Part shown: one piece after another, positions 1-11,840 of the stretch
How the letters are laid out: each line of letters begins with the position of its first letter
Position numbering within the stretch: the stretch's first letter is position 1
From: Paramicrosporidium saccamoebae KSL3
Taxonomy: Eukaryota; Fungi; Cryptomycota
Direction of reading: 5' to 3'
Assembly (NCBI GenBank): GCA_002794465.1
Contig: MTSL01000174.1
Span: 90,865 to 122,864 of the forward strand
Length of the DNA: 32,000 nt
Notes under the pieces: model-generated
Database searches by the model: none
What the model saw: the letters and a program-made list of their open reading frames with translations, nothing else
Told to the model about the DNA's origin: nothing
Program-made: the position numbers and the translations under genes

Positions 1-9
1 AAGAAAGAA

Positions 10-3000
10 ATGGCAATAGTGATGGACAGTAATCCTGAGATTGCAAATCTAGTGGATCCGTATGCAATATACAAGTCGAACCGTATCGGAGTACCCGAAC
101 TGGCGCTGAAGAATCTAGTAAAGGCATACACTCCCTCAGAACACTCGCCGTCAGGGAGGCCAGTCACCGCAACTGACAGCGATCTTCTTGCTGACTTTCA
201 GTTTGTCCTTGACTATGTGCCGGGAATGGTGGAGAGGAAAGATGCCGAAAAGACCAATTCAAGAGGGGAGATGCCACCACGCAATCTGGAGAATATTGAT
301 GACTGGGACTTTGCCCAGTATCTAGTAAAACTGCAGAGCTTGTGGACAAATATTCCCGATAATACCTTGGCAAAGATGTGGAGCGAACTGGAGCCGACCA
401 TTAGCAGATTCGTGTATCAGCCGCTGGTAGATAGGGGTGCAGATGCCAAACTTTTCAGTATCGTCAGAGATGTTGTCATGGACCTGATTGAGCGATCATA
501 CAACACAAAGGAAGATATGGAAATTTTTTTGGACTACTTGAAAGCTGCTCTTGTGGCTTGGGATCTGAAGAGCAAAGCGGTTGATTCTCCAGAACTGGAA
601 AAATACCAAAAGTACATTGAGCGCGTCATGAATGAACCGGAAATGAAGCATTTTATTATCAAAGAGCTAGAAAGTATGACAACAGACCTGAGTGGTGATA
701 ATAAGCGGCCAATCCTACGCTTCAAAGCGTCATATGTCAACCACTTTGGGTCAGGCGGAGAAAAACTAAGGCATTTTAAGGATATTTTGGAAATGCCGCT
801 CGCCCCTTCAGACGCCACTTTTCGTGAGACGATTTTGCAGTCAATTGACACAAAGGTACCATGAGGTTACAATATTTGCTTATTTTTAGTCTGCTTCAAT
901 AATTTTGAAATCATGGGGCGAGATGGATTTTGTCCACTTCAAGACATTTATACACCCTGACCCTGATACAAGCGATCGATACTGGGAGATTGCAAGAAGC
1001 CTCTATTACGAAATGGTAATCCATCATGTTCTGTCCCTGCCCATTGAGAATATTCAGGCGGTCAATACACAGGTCGAGAGAATAATTCTGAGTGGCGATC
1101 CGCGCTGGTTCCTGGAAGAGTGCAGAAAGGTTTCAGCAGAATTTCAGCCTGAAAAAGGCTCCAACTGTCTCGTATTTCTGCACCGCCAGCACTCCAGTAT
1201 GACAACGGTAAGTCTAGTTATCCCTACTCATCTCTAGGAGGATTGGATCTGGGCCGGTCAAGCTGCTCGCAAGAATTCTGGCTTGGTCTGGAGCGTTCTT
1301 GATGCTGCTCCCGCAGAGGTACGGCCAAGGCTCTTGGAAGATATTGATGGTGACATTTGGGATGCTCTTATAAAGTCGGCCACAAATGATATCATTGAAG
1401 GTAATAATTATAGACGCGGTCCAATCTACATGCAAATGAGCAGGTATCTGGGAAGTGTTCTGGACAAGAGTTGCGATAGCAAGCTGGAACGATTCATAGG
1501 GCTTTCACCGATCGTCACGAGGATCATAAGTTCGTCCACTGACTCGCTGAAAAATTACATGGCCACAATGGAAGAGATGCTGCCAGGCTGTGTGCCACCA
1601 AGAATTTCCCCAAAGGTACCGATTGATAAGACCAAACTCAACGAGAAATTGGCCGACATTACTACCAAATTTAAAGACTATGTTTTGGCATTTCCACTCA
1701 TGTCACCAGACGAATTTCCAATCACCCAGTACGCTCCAGATATAGACCCAGTACTGGAGAAGGTGGCCAACGACTCTTCATGGGTTCAAATAGCGCGACT
1801 TGGTATGCTGGTCAGCAATCCAACCGTACTGACTGGCCGAAGGATTACGATCATCGCTTCACTAAACAAGGAGGAGTCTCTGGAGAGCCTCTTGGATCAA
1901 TTAGCGACGGCTAGCAGCGCTGGTAATGAAATGTTAACAAACGTCAATGACAAGGTGACATTTATCAAATTCTTGAACAAATTGGACATGAATTCGGCAA
2001 AAGTCCGGGCCGTTTACATTGCTATTGTGAATAGTATCCTGGGCAAGTTACCAGAATGTACCAAAGACGTACAAGGCCCCGAAGCGGAAGCGGCGATGCA
2101 TATTCTGCCAAAACTCATCCCTGACGAGCGATTGACCGTAGATATTTACAATGCCGCTGTCGGATTCACAAAGTCGGGATGTGCCAAGGACCTAGGTACA
2201 CGCGACAGTTTCCTGAAGAAGATGAATGATTGGGATTACATGACGGATCAAAACCCTGCCGTTGGGATTATTTGGGCAGCATTCGCGAGCGATCCAACTG
2301 ACACGCCCACTAATCTCGCCCATGCAGCACGTATGGCCATCAAGTACGGAGCAGAGGCCTTTTTGACCGTTGATAACTTGATAACCATACTTAACAATGG
2401 ACGTTCTATAGCTACAAATGAGGGACTACTTCGAGATCTTTCCAAGATTCCTGCCTTTGCCGAAATTTCCTTTTTGAAGGCTGTTCGTGCAAAGACAGAA
2501 ATTCCCCTCAGCACCTTGACTCCACGAGAATTCCAATACGACGATACTCTGCTTCCTGCGTACATGAGTGGGAACACGACCTTTGACCATGGGTACAGGG
2601 TGGAAATCTCCCATCATGAGTCTGACCAGACGCAGAGGTATCAGCTATCTGGAATCTATCCACGAGTTCCGCTGCCAAATGCAGGCACCACGAGATACAA
2701 ACTATGTGGCAACTTGCAGGCTGAAGATGTACACCATATAGAGCTGGAGAATGTCAGGAAGATTCAACTGGAATGTCTTGAAGAGATGAGTGTGCCGGCA
2801 ATAAGGTCTCTATTCGGAGATGAGGCAATTTTGGAAAACATCCTCCCACCTCTAAGTGAGAACGTGGTCAAGAAGCTCGGGGCAGGACTTGTTGGACAAT
2901 TAACAGACACTCAATATCAGGCGATGCATAATTCCTGGGCATTGTCGGATGCGAGGCATCCATATCGTGCTTTATTTGGCCAAGACATGTTAATTGACGC

Positions 3001-4027
3001 CATAATGAAAAGTGGAAAAGGCCCCTTGATTGAGGCTGAAGCATTCCTGATTCAAGATCGGCACTGGCTAAAAGCATTTCCAGGAGCCCGAGAAGACGTT
3101 GCCAAAAAAGTCTTGGCAAATGTGTCTGCCCAAGGTTTTGAAAGTGAGCCGTTTGAATGGTTCGAGTATATTGATATAGGCATGTGGAAAAGCTTTGAAA
3201 TGGCCATCCCTAATGATCTGAATTACTGTAGGAAGATGACTCGAGAATCCCATCCTTATCTGGTTCAGACGAGCTATGTCTGTCAGCTGCTTGCAGGAAT
3301 CTGGCCTCCAGTAGAAGAAGCGCATAGAAGAACAACAACCTTTGAAGAGGTGGAGAGAAAGCGAGAGCAGGAGCGACTTGAAGAGTTGGCAAGAGAACAG
3401 GAGCGAGTTGAGGAGCTGAAAAAGGAAGAGGAGCGAGCTGAGGAGCTGAAAAAGGAAGAGGAGCGAGCTGAGGAGCTGAAAAGAGAAGAAGAGGCCAAAA
3501 TACTACAGGGAACCATCTCGGACGGAAGCGCACCAAACTCTCAAGCCGCTACAAAACCAGCGAGTACATACCAACCACCTAGAATTACGCGGGTCCCAGT
3601 ATCAAATACTGCTGGCAGTAGTTCTGGTGGCAAGTCTGGCGGTAAGTCTGGTGCTACTACTGGTGAGTCTAAGGATCCAAGTATCCAACCTCAATTCAAT
3701 AACCCACCATCAGGCATTACTTCAATCGCTGCACCGCTCAGCATTGCGATAGCCGCTGGCAGCTCGGAAGAAGTGCCTGCGACGGAGAATGCTCCGGGAT
3801 TTTCATCTTACTTTTATTCTAGCTTTGCAGATCCCCACAAAACATCCTTCTCCGGTTGGCTCTACGAACTGTCTGTTGGGAACATGCTTAAAAGAGATAA
3901 GACTGGGGCCTCTATCTTGAAGTCTGTTGCATTTAAATGGATTATTGCTATAGTCACGACATTGGTGTCTATTTGTGTCTTGGCTGTGCCTTTGTATTAT
4001 GTGTTTTTTAAGCGGCAGACCGTATAG
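10..4027 (+). CDS. Large hypothetical protein (~1317 aa spliced) with ER/K helical repeat, S/T/P/G-rich linker and C-terminal transmembrane anchor; 3 exons (10-855, 890-1207, 1238-4027); 5' end may lie outside the window
   Basis: ORFs 10..864, 905..1237 and 1283..4027 join in frame through phase-0 GT-AG introns 856-889 (gtacca...tttag, 34 nt) and 1208-1237 (gtaagt...ctctag, 30 nt). Hydrophobic WIIAIVTTLVSICVLAVPLYYVFF at ~3938-4009 is followed by KRQTV*. The frame is open back to position 1. No known domain recognised. Confidence 0.75.
3371..3490 (+). repeat. Coding 30-nt tandem repeat x4 (ERLEELAREQ / ERVEELKKEE / ERAEELKKEE / ERAEELKREE)
   Basis: Units start at 3371, 3401, 3431 and 3461; units 2-4 are near-identical at DNA level (gagcgagctgaggagctgaaaaaggaagag). 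Confidence 0.9.
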
Positions 4028-4316
4028 AATTGCAAAGTGTTAATAAACAGTCTCCTGTCTATATTGACACTGTGGTAACACTCCCATCACACGAAAGATT
4101 GATCGGGAGGAACATAATTTAGAATGGATCAATTATGAAGGAAAAGAATGGCCCTATATTGATGAAACTGTAAATAAGGTGTTAGATTAGCAGCACGCAA
4201 TACAATTTTTCCTAGTCTGATAAATAATGTGGTATCACTCCATCTACGCAACAGAATAAACGCGTAACCGCCAAACAAAGGCGGAATACAACTTTGTCAA
4301 ACAATCTGATTGGTCA

Positions 4317-5010
4317 ATGGAGGACAGCAGCTCGGGAGACGAGTCCCCGACATTTGCCGACTGGTTTACAAGTCTTTCAGGACGGTCCATCTACGCCAAG
4401 ATACCAGTGACGTATTTTGAGGACGATTTTAACCTGTTCGAGGCACATGCCCTGCCCAATTTTGAAAACCTGCTTGAGATTGTCCTAGAAGATGACCCGC
4501 CGGACGATGAAATGGTCGAGGAACCAAGTGCGCGGGAGGCGCTGATCACCTTTTATGAGGTTGTTCATCAGCGATACATTACGAGTCGCGCTGGACTCCA
4601 TGAGATGGTAAGCCTGTCCGAAACATAACTGATGGTTATGATAGTATGGAAAGTTTGTCCGTGGAGAATTTGGACGGTGTCCCAGGACACTTTGTCATGG
4701 AGAGTTTGTGCTTCCTTATGGCGCCAGCACTAATCCCGGCCAGGCAACTTACAAGCTATACTGTCCACATTGCCAGGACGTGTACTTTCCCCCCTCCAGA
4801 CGCCATGCCAAGCTTGATGGCGTGGGATTCGGGCCGACATTTTCTCATCTGTTAATTATGCACTATCGCGAAAAGTTTCCCGCTTTCCCTCCCCAAGGCG
4901 GAAGATGGGACACCTTTGTCCCTAAAGTATTTGGATTTCGCATCCACCACAGCAGCTCGATGGCTTGTGGAAGAGGTCAATTGCGATCGCGTCCCAACGG
5001 ATACCGCTAA
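4317..5010 (+). CDS. CKB1: Casein kinase II regulatory (beta) subunit, 218 aa; exons 4317-4607 and 4645-5010
   Basis: Intron 4608-4644 (gtaagc...taac...gatag, 37 nt, phase 0) gives HQRYITSRAGLHEM|YGKFVRGEFGRCPRTLC...LYCPHCQDVY...LDGVGFGPTF...PKVFGFRIH, i.e. the CK2-beta zinc ribbon and C-terminal motifs. Confidence 0.95.
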
Positions 5011-5095
5011 ACTTGTAAATAAATGTAAGTAATCCAAAGTGCATGCTATGTGGAGGGTTTTTGTACAGTCTACTTATAGATAGCAAATACTTTTC

Positions 5096-5139
5096 AAGTG
5101 CCTCCACACGCCTCTTTAAGTGCCTCCACACACCTCTTT
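5096..5139. repeat. 22-nt direct tandem duplication (aagtgcctccacac[g/a]cctcttt x2)
   Basis: 5096-5117 and 5118-5139 differ at one position. Confidence 0.85.
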
Positions 5140-5162
5140 AAATGACCTTTTACTAGACCTAA

Positions 5163-5855
5163 ATGTTTCAAGTGGCTCACCACGAGACAGTTGGACCCAA
5201 TTTACCTAATAGAAGGATCGTTCCTTCCAAATCGGGTATTATAAAAAGCAAAAATCGACGATCCGGGAGAAAAATGTGTGGGAGATTCTGGCGATCTACA
5301 ACTCTCTCGGTGGCATCGTTCTTGTTAGATTCAGTTGCACTTCTCGGCGGAATCCACCAGCCCATATTGAGAGAGCTCTACTGGCTCCATCCTCCGCATG
5401 TCTTTCCATTTGGTTTGTGGAACCACGCGGGTACGCCAAAGCTGGCGCTTTTTGTTCTGATTTGGACTCTGCGGATATTGGCACTGGGGAGATGGGTCAT
5501 GGCGCTCGGATTTATACGATTTCTCTACGTTTTCCATGGCCATCGCTATACCTGCGAGACTCGCACAGCAACAATCTCAAAAATACTCCTCGCCCTAAGC
5601 GCCTTGCGATTGCTTTTCGGAGTGGTACTTTGTGGTCTGTTCTGGTGTGTATACGTTCCAACTGTTCTTCCGTATGCTTCGCTAAGTAATCTGACGAGTC
5701 TGATCTCGAGGGGCCTGATTGGCCCTGCGACATTTACAACAATGTCATCCACAGTTCTGGATGTGGGTGCTGTCATAATGAGTACATATTATCTCTGTCG
5801 TCAGGAACAATGGCGGAAATTCAATCACGAAATGTCGCTCTTGGCCTGGCCATGA
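5163..5855 (+). CDS. Hypothetical multi-pass membrane protein (start at 5163 or more probably ATG 5274)
   Basis: 230-aa ORF filling the gap between two real genes, with several hydrophobic segments (LALFVLIWTLRILALG, ILLALSALRLLFGVVLCGLFWCVYV, VLDVGAVIMSTYYL). Family not recognised. Confidence 0.55.
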   Translation: MFQVAHHETVGPNLPNRRIVPSKSGIIKSKNRRSGRKMCGRFWRSTTLSVASFLLDSVALLGGIHQPILRELYWLHPPHVFPFGLWNHAGTPKLALFVLIWTLRILALGRWVMALGFIRFLYVFHGHRYTCETRTATISKILLALSALRLLFGVVLCGLFWCVYVPTVLPYASLSNLTSLISRGLIGPATFTTMSSTVLDVGAVIMSTYYLCRQEQWRKFNHEMSLLAWP

Positions 5856-6186
5856 GCTGGCCATTAATTGTCCGTGAGGTGTCATTTTGTCACTTGAGCA
5901 ATCCCGCTTTGCAATTGGATGTTTGAGCTGTTCACAATTCTTCAATTAATATTCATCGCCAAGTCCCAATAAATCAAAATTTATTCTCACAGTGAATAGA
6001 ATGGGATCAGTGAGTGGAACAATGTTCGTGAGTCAATAGACATTGGTTTACTGCTAAGCAACACAAAAATGATAGTTGCGAGACGGCATAACTATGTTCT
6101 GGGGATTCCAATGAAGAGCCTTATTACTGACCTCAATTATATTTACAATAATGAGGCTTTTGAATCGTAAATATCTACTCCCTCAT

Positions 6187-9100
6187 TTATTCGGCAGATA
6201 GCTGGTTAAGAAGACCTAGACGCTGATCCAGAGTCAACAATTGCAAGAGTGACGGATCATAGTTGGATTTCACAAAGCTCCCAGCAATCAGAGAAATGGC
6301 TGCTCTTTCACGCAGATCCGCAGGACGAAAACTGAGAATCTGCGCAATCATCCCACTTTTGGGTATGCTATCCGTCCAGAGGTAAGCACAAATCAGCGTC
6401 ACTCCAAAGAGATCCTTTGCAGGGACACGACAGCAAATCCTCTCACAGAGTTCAGTGGCTTCTGTAATTTTATCTTGGAGTATATAGTCAACTAGTAAGC
6501 CTCTCGAAGCTTCCTGCGCTTCCTCGTACATTTCCGCTTCAATTAGTGAATCTACCTGCCCCAAAGTATCGCTCAGATATCCGGCTTTCCATGCTCTAAA
6601 TATGTTAATGTTTGCCATCCTTGCATATGATTCGTCTTGCTGCCGATACACATGTATGACAGGCAGCATGCATAGTTCAGAATGGCTCTTGATGAACGGG
6701 CCGATTGAGAGATTAATGATCCTCGCCGCCAAATTCCATTGTCCTGTGGCAAGCAACTGGCCTGCAAGCTGTTTCTTAATAATTTGAAATAATGGCGCCC
6801 CAACTGGGTCATTGTGGAGAGCGATTGAGTGAGCGATAATGTAGGAACGGGTCCAGTCCCGGGGATCTCTCGGCTTCAGGGCCCTTAGAAGATGCTGCTG
6901 CTCGCCACAGACATTGTATTTTAAAAAGTTCCACAAAAAGTCGCCTTCAATGCAAATTGCCCGTACAGCGGTGGCCAAATTACTTGGCGGATAATGCATC
7001 GCGGCAAGTAATATCCCTTCCCAGGGAAGATTAAAATCGTGACTGACACGTCCTGATAAGAGTGACAAGGTGAAGCGCTCTATTGCAGGAGCTGACGATG
7101 GCAGCAGCTCCAGTTGAACGGCGGCGAGGGTGCACAGTGCATTGGCATAAGAGTCACCGGAACGGTTTTTGAGCGATGCCATGACTGCCAGGCGATCCAG
7201 ACCAGCAAATGCAAGCAATTCGTTCACATCTGCCAACTCGGCTCTACATATTGATGCCAGCTTATGATCCGAAAGTTTAGCTGCTATGCGGTTCTTGAGC
7301 CAAGCCAGCAAATCCTCTCGAGATCCGCTCTTCAAAATGGAAATCAGGGCCAAGGCTTTGTCAATTTCATCATCAGCGGCATCTTTCAGTTCAAGTTTGA
7401 TGGGATCAACTGTCAACGAAGGAGGCGACAGAATTGTCCAAATTGAGCTAACACGATATCTCGAAATTAAACCTGATCCGTCCGGGAGCCAGCATAGCGA
7501 AAATCTCCTCCCGGCACTAGCAGTTTTGGCATGGTGAAAAGTGAGTGCTTCCCATTCGGGTGTCTAGGAAGAATTAATTTATTACTCTCTACACATGCTG
7601 TACCTTGGTGATACTTTGGTGTTGGTCTGATTCATTGTAGTCAGTCAAACCATAGGACGAAAAATGGTCCACACGGAACACCCAGGTTCCCGAGTCTGGT
7701 AGGTAATCCACAAATTGAGTATCCGGCATGCTCTTTAGACGGTCAATGTGTGTTTGCAGACGCGGATCTCCCATGTCTCGAATCGGCTGACGGTCTGCCT
7801 TACTCACACACCAACAACGCTCGAGACGTACTTCAGCTGCCACATTCAAGCCTGTTCCAACGGCGGGCTTTTCATCCTCGGGAAACTCGTCATCGGGATA
7901 AAGGGTGACGAGACGCGGCTCAAAAACAACAATCCTGTCAAAAATGTCGCTCAAAGCAATCTTGGTCAAATCAACTGGCTGGAGGAAGCGAACCTGTCCA
8001 ATTCCACGCTGGCCAATGGTGAAATTTTGCACTGAACAAAGTTGAGCATATGGCAGCTTGCGCAGGGTGACGTCGTTGGGAATCAGAAACTTTTCACCAA
8101 AAGTGTCATTCTCACCGGCTGCTGGAGTGGAGGGCAATTCAGAAAAGCTGGCGACCCGACTTAGGCTGGCAAGACGGGAGCCAGATGCAGGCGTTGGGGG
8201 TGCATCACTCACCACCAGCTTCTTTGCAGACACGCGCTTGGGAAGGACAAACCCTGTCAGAGTCACAAGCGAGCCACCAGTGTGATTAGAAACTTCGGAT
8301 GGAGGTTGGAGTCTGAATGAAGCCCGAGGCGTAAATCGGGCTGGGGAGCGCTGTGACGCAGTCTTTTCTCCAGCAGATCCAGTAGGGGGCGCAGCCTTTG
8401 GAGTGCTCAATGCAGCTGGAATTGGGGGCTTGATGGACAGAGATTCTGCAGAAATCAAAGGCATATTGCTTTGGACAGCAGCAGTTGAGGTAGCACTTGG
8501 GAACATGGGAGCAGTTGGTGCATTTGCGGCGCCTCCAAGATTAAACGAAAATCCACCCGAAGGCTGGGTCGTTGTCGGAGCAGAGGTTCCAAATGAAAAA
8601 GACGGCGCTGCAGGCTGAGCTGCGGGCTGTGTTCCGCCCAAATTAAAAGAAAAGCCACTGGAGGGAGGAGCCACCGGAGCCGCTGTACCAAATAAACTCG
8701 TTTGCTGTTGCTGTGCAGGAGCATTGAATGAAAAGCCACCAGCCTGGGCGGGTTGCTGCTGTTGCGGTTGCTGTTGTGGGCGAGATTGAGCGCCAAATGA
8801 AAATAGTCCAGCAGCTGGTTGGGCTTGCTGAGTAGGAGCAGCACCGAAAAGACCTCCTGAAGGGGCACCAAAAGTCGACGGTTGAGCAGGAGCGGCAGTG
8901 TTGGAACCAAATCCAAATCCAGTAGTAGCTGGCTTTGCGAACAAACCGCCAGACTGTGTATTGGTCGAAGGGAGTGTCCCAAACGATCCCGTATTGCCAG
9001 CACCTCCAAAGAGACTTCCACTTCCCCCTCCGACTGTAGTCAGAGTTCCTGGCTGAGTACCAAAGCCTGTAGTTGTGGCCGGTTTTCCAAATGCACCAAA

Positions 9101-9736
9101 GCCAGTGGCAGCCGGTTGCTGAGTGCTTTGGGGTGCTCCGAAAAGACCTCCAGAGGGCTGCTGGGTATTCGATGGTTGATTCATGCCTCCAAAGGCACCA
9201 AAATTTGTGGTTGAGGGCTGCGCTGCTTGTGCAGGAGCACCAAAGTACTGATTGTTGGGCTGGGCGCCAAACGTCCCCGTGTTTCCTCCAAACGTTCCTG
9301 TGTTTCCTCCAAACACACCGGCATTTCCTCCAAACATATTATTAGAGGGCGCAGCAGGAGGTGCGGGCGCTCCAAAAATTCCTGCAGAAGAATTGAACCC
9401 AGAAGAAGGAACTGGCTGGCCGACTGCACCAAATGGCGCAGAGCTTCCCTTTCGACCCGCCAAATAATCCTCTAAGCGTAGCTCTTCCAAGCTCTTCTTT
9501 TCATAAGAGGGCATTGCAGTGATCGTGTGTAGCGAAATGTTTACATCATTCTCCAGACCCGTAGTCACGGAATAGCGAGGGGGAGCGCCCATGCCTGTCG
9601 ACGCTCCGCCGAATTGAGTGGCTGGCGCACCAAACCCGCCGGGAGTACCAAAAGCAAAGCTATTTGTTTGCTGAGTTGGCTGTGGAGTGCCGAATGGAGT
9701 TGCTGTGCCTCCAGGAGTTCCGAATGGACGAAACAT
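6187..9736 (-). CDS. NUP98: Nup98-Nup96 (Nup145/Nup189-type) nucleoporin precursor, ~1169 aa; exons 9736-7604 and 7563-6187
   Basis: FG/GLFG/SLFG repeats, GLEBS motif (ITAMPSYEKKSLEELRLEDY), peptidase S59 autoproteolytic domain ending WVFRVDHF|SSYG (site at 7661/7660). A 40-nt phase-0 intron 7564-7603 joins in frame to the 6187..7416 ORF, which resembles the helical Nup96 part. ATG 9736 chosen as first true ATG before the FG repeats. Confidence 0.92.
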
Positions 9737-9772
9737 GACTAAATGCCCACCACTGACCAGGGCGCGGAGAAA

Positions 9773-9781
9773 GACCAATCA
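9773..9781 (+). promoter_or_regulatory. CCAAT box (GACCAATCA) 38 nt upstream of the NUP98 ATG
   Basis: Perfect match to the NF-Y/HAP consensus RRCCAATCA. Confidence 0.5.
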
Positions 9782-10089
9782 ATTTATTTGTAAAATGTGC
9801 TGCAATAATAGGTACAGGAGAGGAGCGATTAAATGTACGTGGATTGGCTGTATAGACGTGAGATTGGCATTACACACCAAGATTTAGCGTATCAGGGTGT
9901 TGATGGGTAAACTTGCCTGTATTAAAGTATAGGGCTTCTTTATAGGTGGCCATTCTTAATATAAGCAGACTGGACTGTGGGGCCGCTATCTGGGTCGGAC
10001 TCACCAATAGTAAGTAGATTCTGTTTAAAACAGGGTTTAACGTACTGAGATTTCATGTAGCAAGCTTTTACGTATTAAGGCTTGATCAA

Positions 10090-10722
10090 CTATTGTTTCT
10101 CAAACATTTCCTCGACATCAGAATCCGCTTCCACATCAGCATCAAATGCTTTGGAAGCGTCCTTTAATTGCTGCTCAAAATCTATCGATTCCAAGATTGC
10201 ACCATGCACAACTTCAGGTTGATCTTCTTGGCCACTACCACCCCAAGAATGATTGGGTACCAGAGTTCCCACTCGAGGATATTTGAAATCAAAAAACGCC
10301 ACCCAATCATTCAGGATCGAGCGCTCCTTATCGGTTAGATCGATTAATTCGTCCCACCCTTGGAGTGAATCAGTCTTGAGTTGCGGAATTATATGGGTCG
10401 CTAAAGAGCGAGATGCATCTCGACCTGCTAAGGCAGCATAGGATCCGCCTGGCCCGTAGTGATGACGTCCAGTAGTGACATCGTAGATTCGCTGATCCAC
10501 TGCAATTAGAACATGTTCTAGCTCATCTCCATTGTATGGTAACAGCTCATCTAGTGTATAGTCCCGGTATTTGAGGGTTGTTGGTGGGATTTTCATGACA
10601 GGCCCCTTCTTGGCCTCTGGCTTGTTCTTCGTGTCTGTTGTCAGATATCCCAGTAGCCAGTAAGCCACGAAAATGTTAAAGACAAAGAGTGCGATGCCAT
10701 ATGGCCCGGAGAGAAACGACAT
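10090..10722 (-). CDS. DAP1: Membrane-associated progesterone receptor / Dap1-like cytochrome b5-like heme/steroid-binding protein, 210 aa
   Basis: N-terminal TM (YGIALFVFNIFVAYWLLGYL), then YTLDELLPYNG...VLIAVDQRIYDVT...YGPGGSYAALAGRDASRSLA...WVAFFDFKYPRVG. The ORF-track extension to 11106 is antisense to COQ5; the first internal Met is at 10722. Confidence 0.88.
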   Translation of the reverse strand: MSFLSGPYGIALFVFNIFVAYWLLGYLTTDTKNKPEAKKGPVMKIPPTTLKYRDYTLDELLPYNGDELEHVLIAVDQRIYDVTTGRHHYGPGGSYAALAGRDASRSLATHIIPQLKTDSLQGWDELIDLTDKERSILNDWVAFFDFKYPRVGTLVPNHSWGGSGQEDQPEVVHGAILESIDFEQQLKDASKAFDADVEADSDVEEMFEKQ

Positions 10723-10782
10723 GAGCTGCTCAAGAGTGTATTCCGAATCCAGCTTAAGTGGTCGCAATTTGATTGGGTCCGC

Positions 10783-11663
10783 ATGAATTGGATAATTAAA
10801 GCTGTAGTGAAACAAAGGCCACCACGTATATGTAGCCTTTTGGCGTCCTCGTACGCGACAAAGGTGCCATTTGGCTTCAGAGAGGTGGAAGAATCCGAGA
10901 AATACAATCTTGGCACAAACCTTCAATGGCGCTAATGTGTGTAGTGAGAGAAGTTTTCGAGAGGGTGGCGAGCAAGTATGATTTGATGAACGACGTGATG
11001 ACTGCAGGAATTCATCGTCTCTGGAAGGACCAGTTTGCTGCCCATACACATCCTGTAAACGGCGCCAAGGTTCTTGATGTGGCCGGAGGTACCGGCGATA
11101 TTGCATTCCGACTCATTTCCAATGCGAATAAGCGTGCTGTTTATGACTATTCTGTGACTGTTCTGGACATTAACGAAAAGATGTTAGAGGTTGGAAAGCA
11201 GCGTGCGACACAGAGGGGGCTAACGCGGGGATTAAGTTGGGTGGTGGGAAATGCGGAACAACTTTCTTTCCCTGACAACACTTTTGACGTTTACACTGTC
11301 GCTTTTGGAATTAGAAATTGTACGCATATCGACAAAGTCCTGAGTGAAGCATATCGAGTACTCAAGCCTGGTGGCAAGTTTTTGTGCCTGGAACTCTCGC
11401 CCGGTGCATTTCAAGACGCGCCGTTTTTGAAGTCCTTTTACGACAAATATTCATTTGAAATCGTGCCCATTTTGGGACAGCTATTTGCAGCAGATCGACA
11501 ATCATACCAGTATCTAGTTGAAAGCATCAGAAGGTTCCCTGATCAGAAGAAATTCTCAGAAATGATTACCAATGCAAAATTTGAGCGAGTCTGCCACGAA
11601 AACTTGTTTAATGGAGTTGCGGCCATTCATTTTGCCTGGAAGCCAAAAGAACATGCGATGTAA
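10783..11663 (+). CDS. COQ5: Mitochondrial ubiquinone biosynthesis C-methyltransferase COQ5 (UbiE family), 282 aa; exons 10783-10912 and 10945-11663
   Basis: VFERVASKYDLMNDVM, SAM motif VLDVAGGTGDIAF, AFGIRNCT, LKPGG, YQYLVESIRRFP. An upstream exon gives a basic, acid-free presequence (MNWIIKAVVKQRPPRICSLLASSY) and the conserved FGFREVEESEK segment when a GC-AG intron is spliced. Confidence 0.95.
10913..10944 (+). other. GC-AG spliceosomal intron (32 nt) in COQ5
   Basis: gcacaaaccttcaatggcgctaatgtgtgtag: branch-like ctaat at 10932-10936, TAG acceptor; phase-1 removal gives EKYNL-V-REVF and restores the family alignment; no GT alternative restores the frame at a comparable length. Confidence 0.8.
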
Positions 11664-11840
11664 TGTGCTGCGGTGTGATGTGATTTCGTGTGGTGTGATG
11701 TAGTGGATTGATTACAATTGAATAGAATAAATCACAATGAGCATCAATGGATGAGAGAGGGATAAACCATCGTCGCTACCCATGAAGCAGCATAATATTT
11801 ATTAAACAGTCGTAAACTAATTCTCCCACCGCGCAACATT

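Noticed and set aside
4268-4284. Small hairpin ccgcc-aaacaaa-ggcgg upstream of CK2-beta
   Set aside because: A 5-bp stem is not significant; no tRNA or snRNA features around it.
10723-11106. N-terminal 128-aa extension of the 338-aa ORF 10090..11106
   Set aside because: It is antisense to COQ5 exons and has no MAPR-like features; the TM-bearing protein starts at Met 10722.
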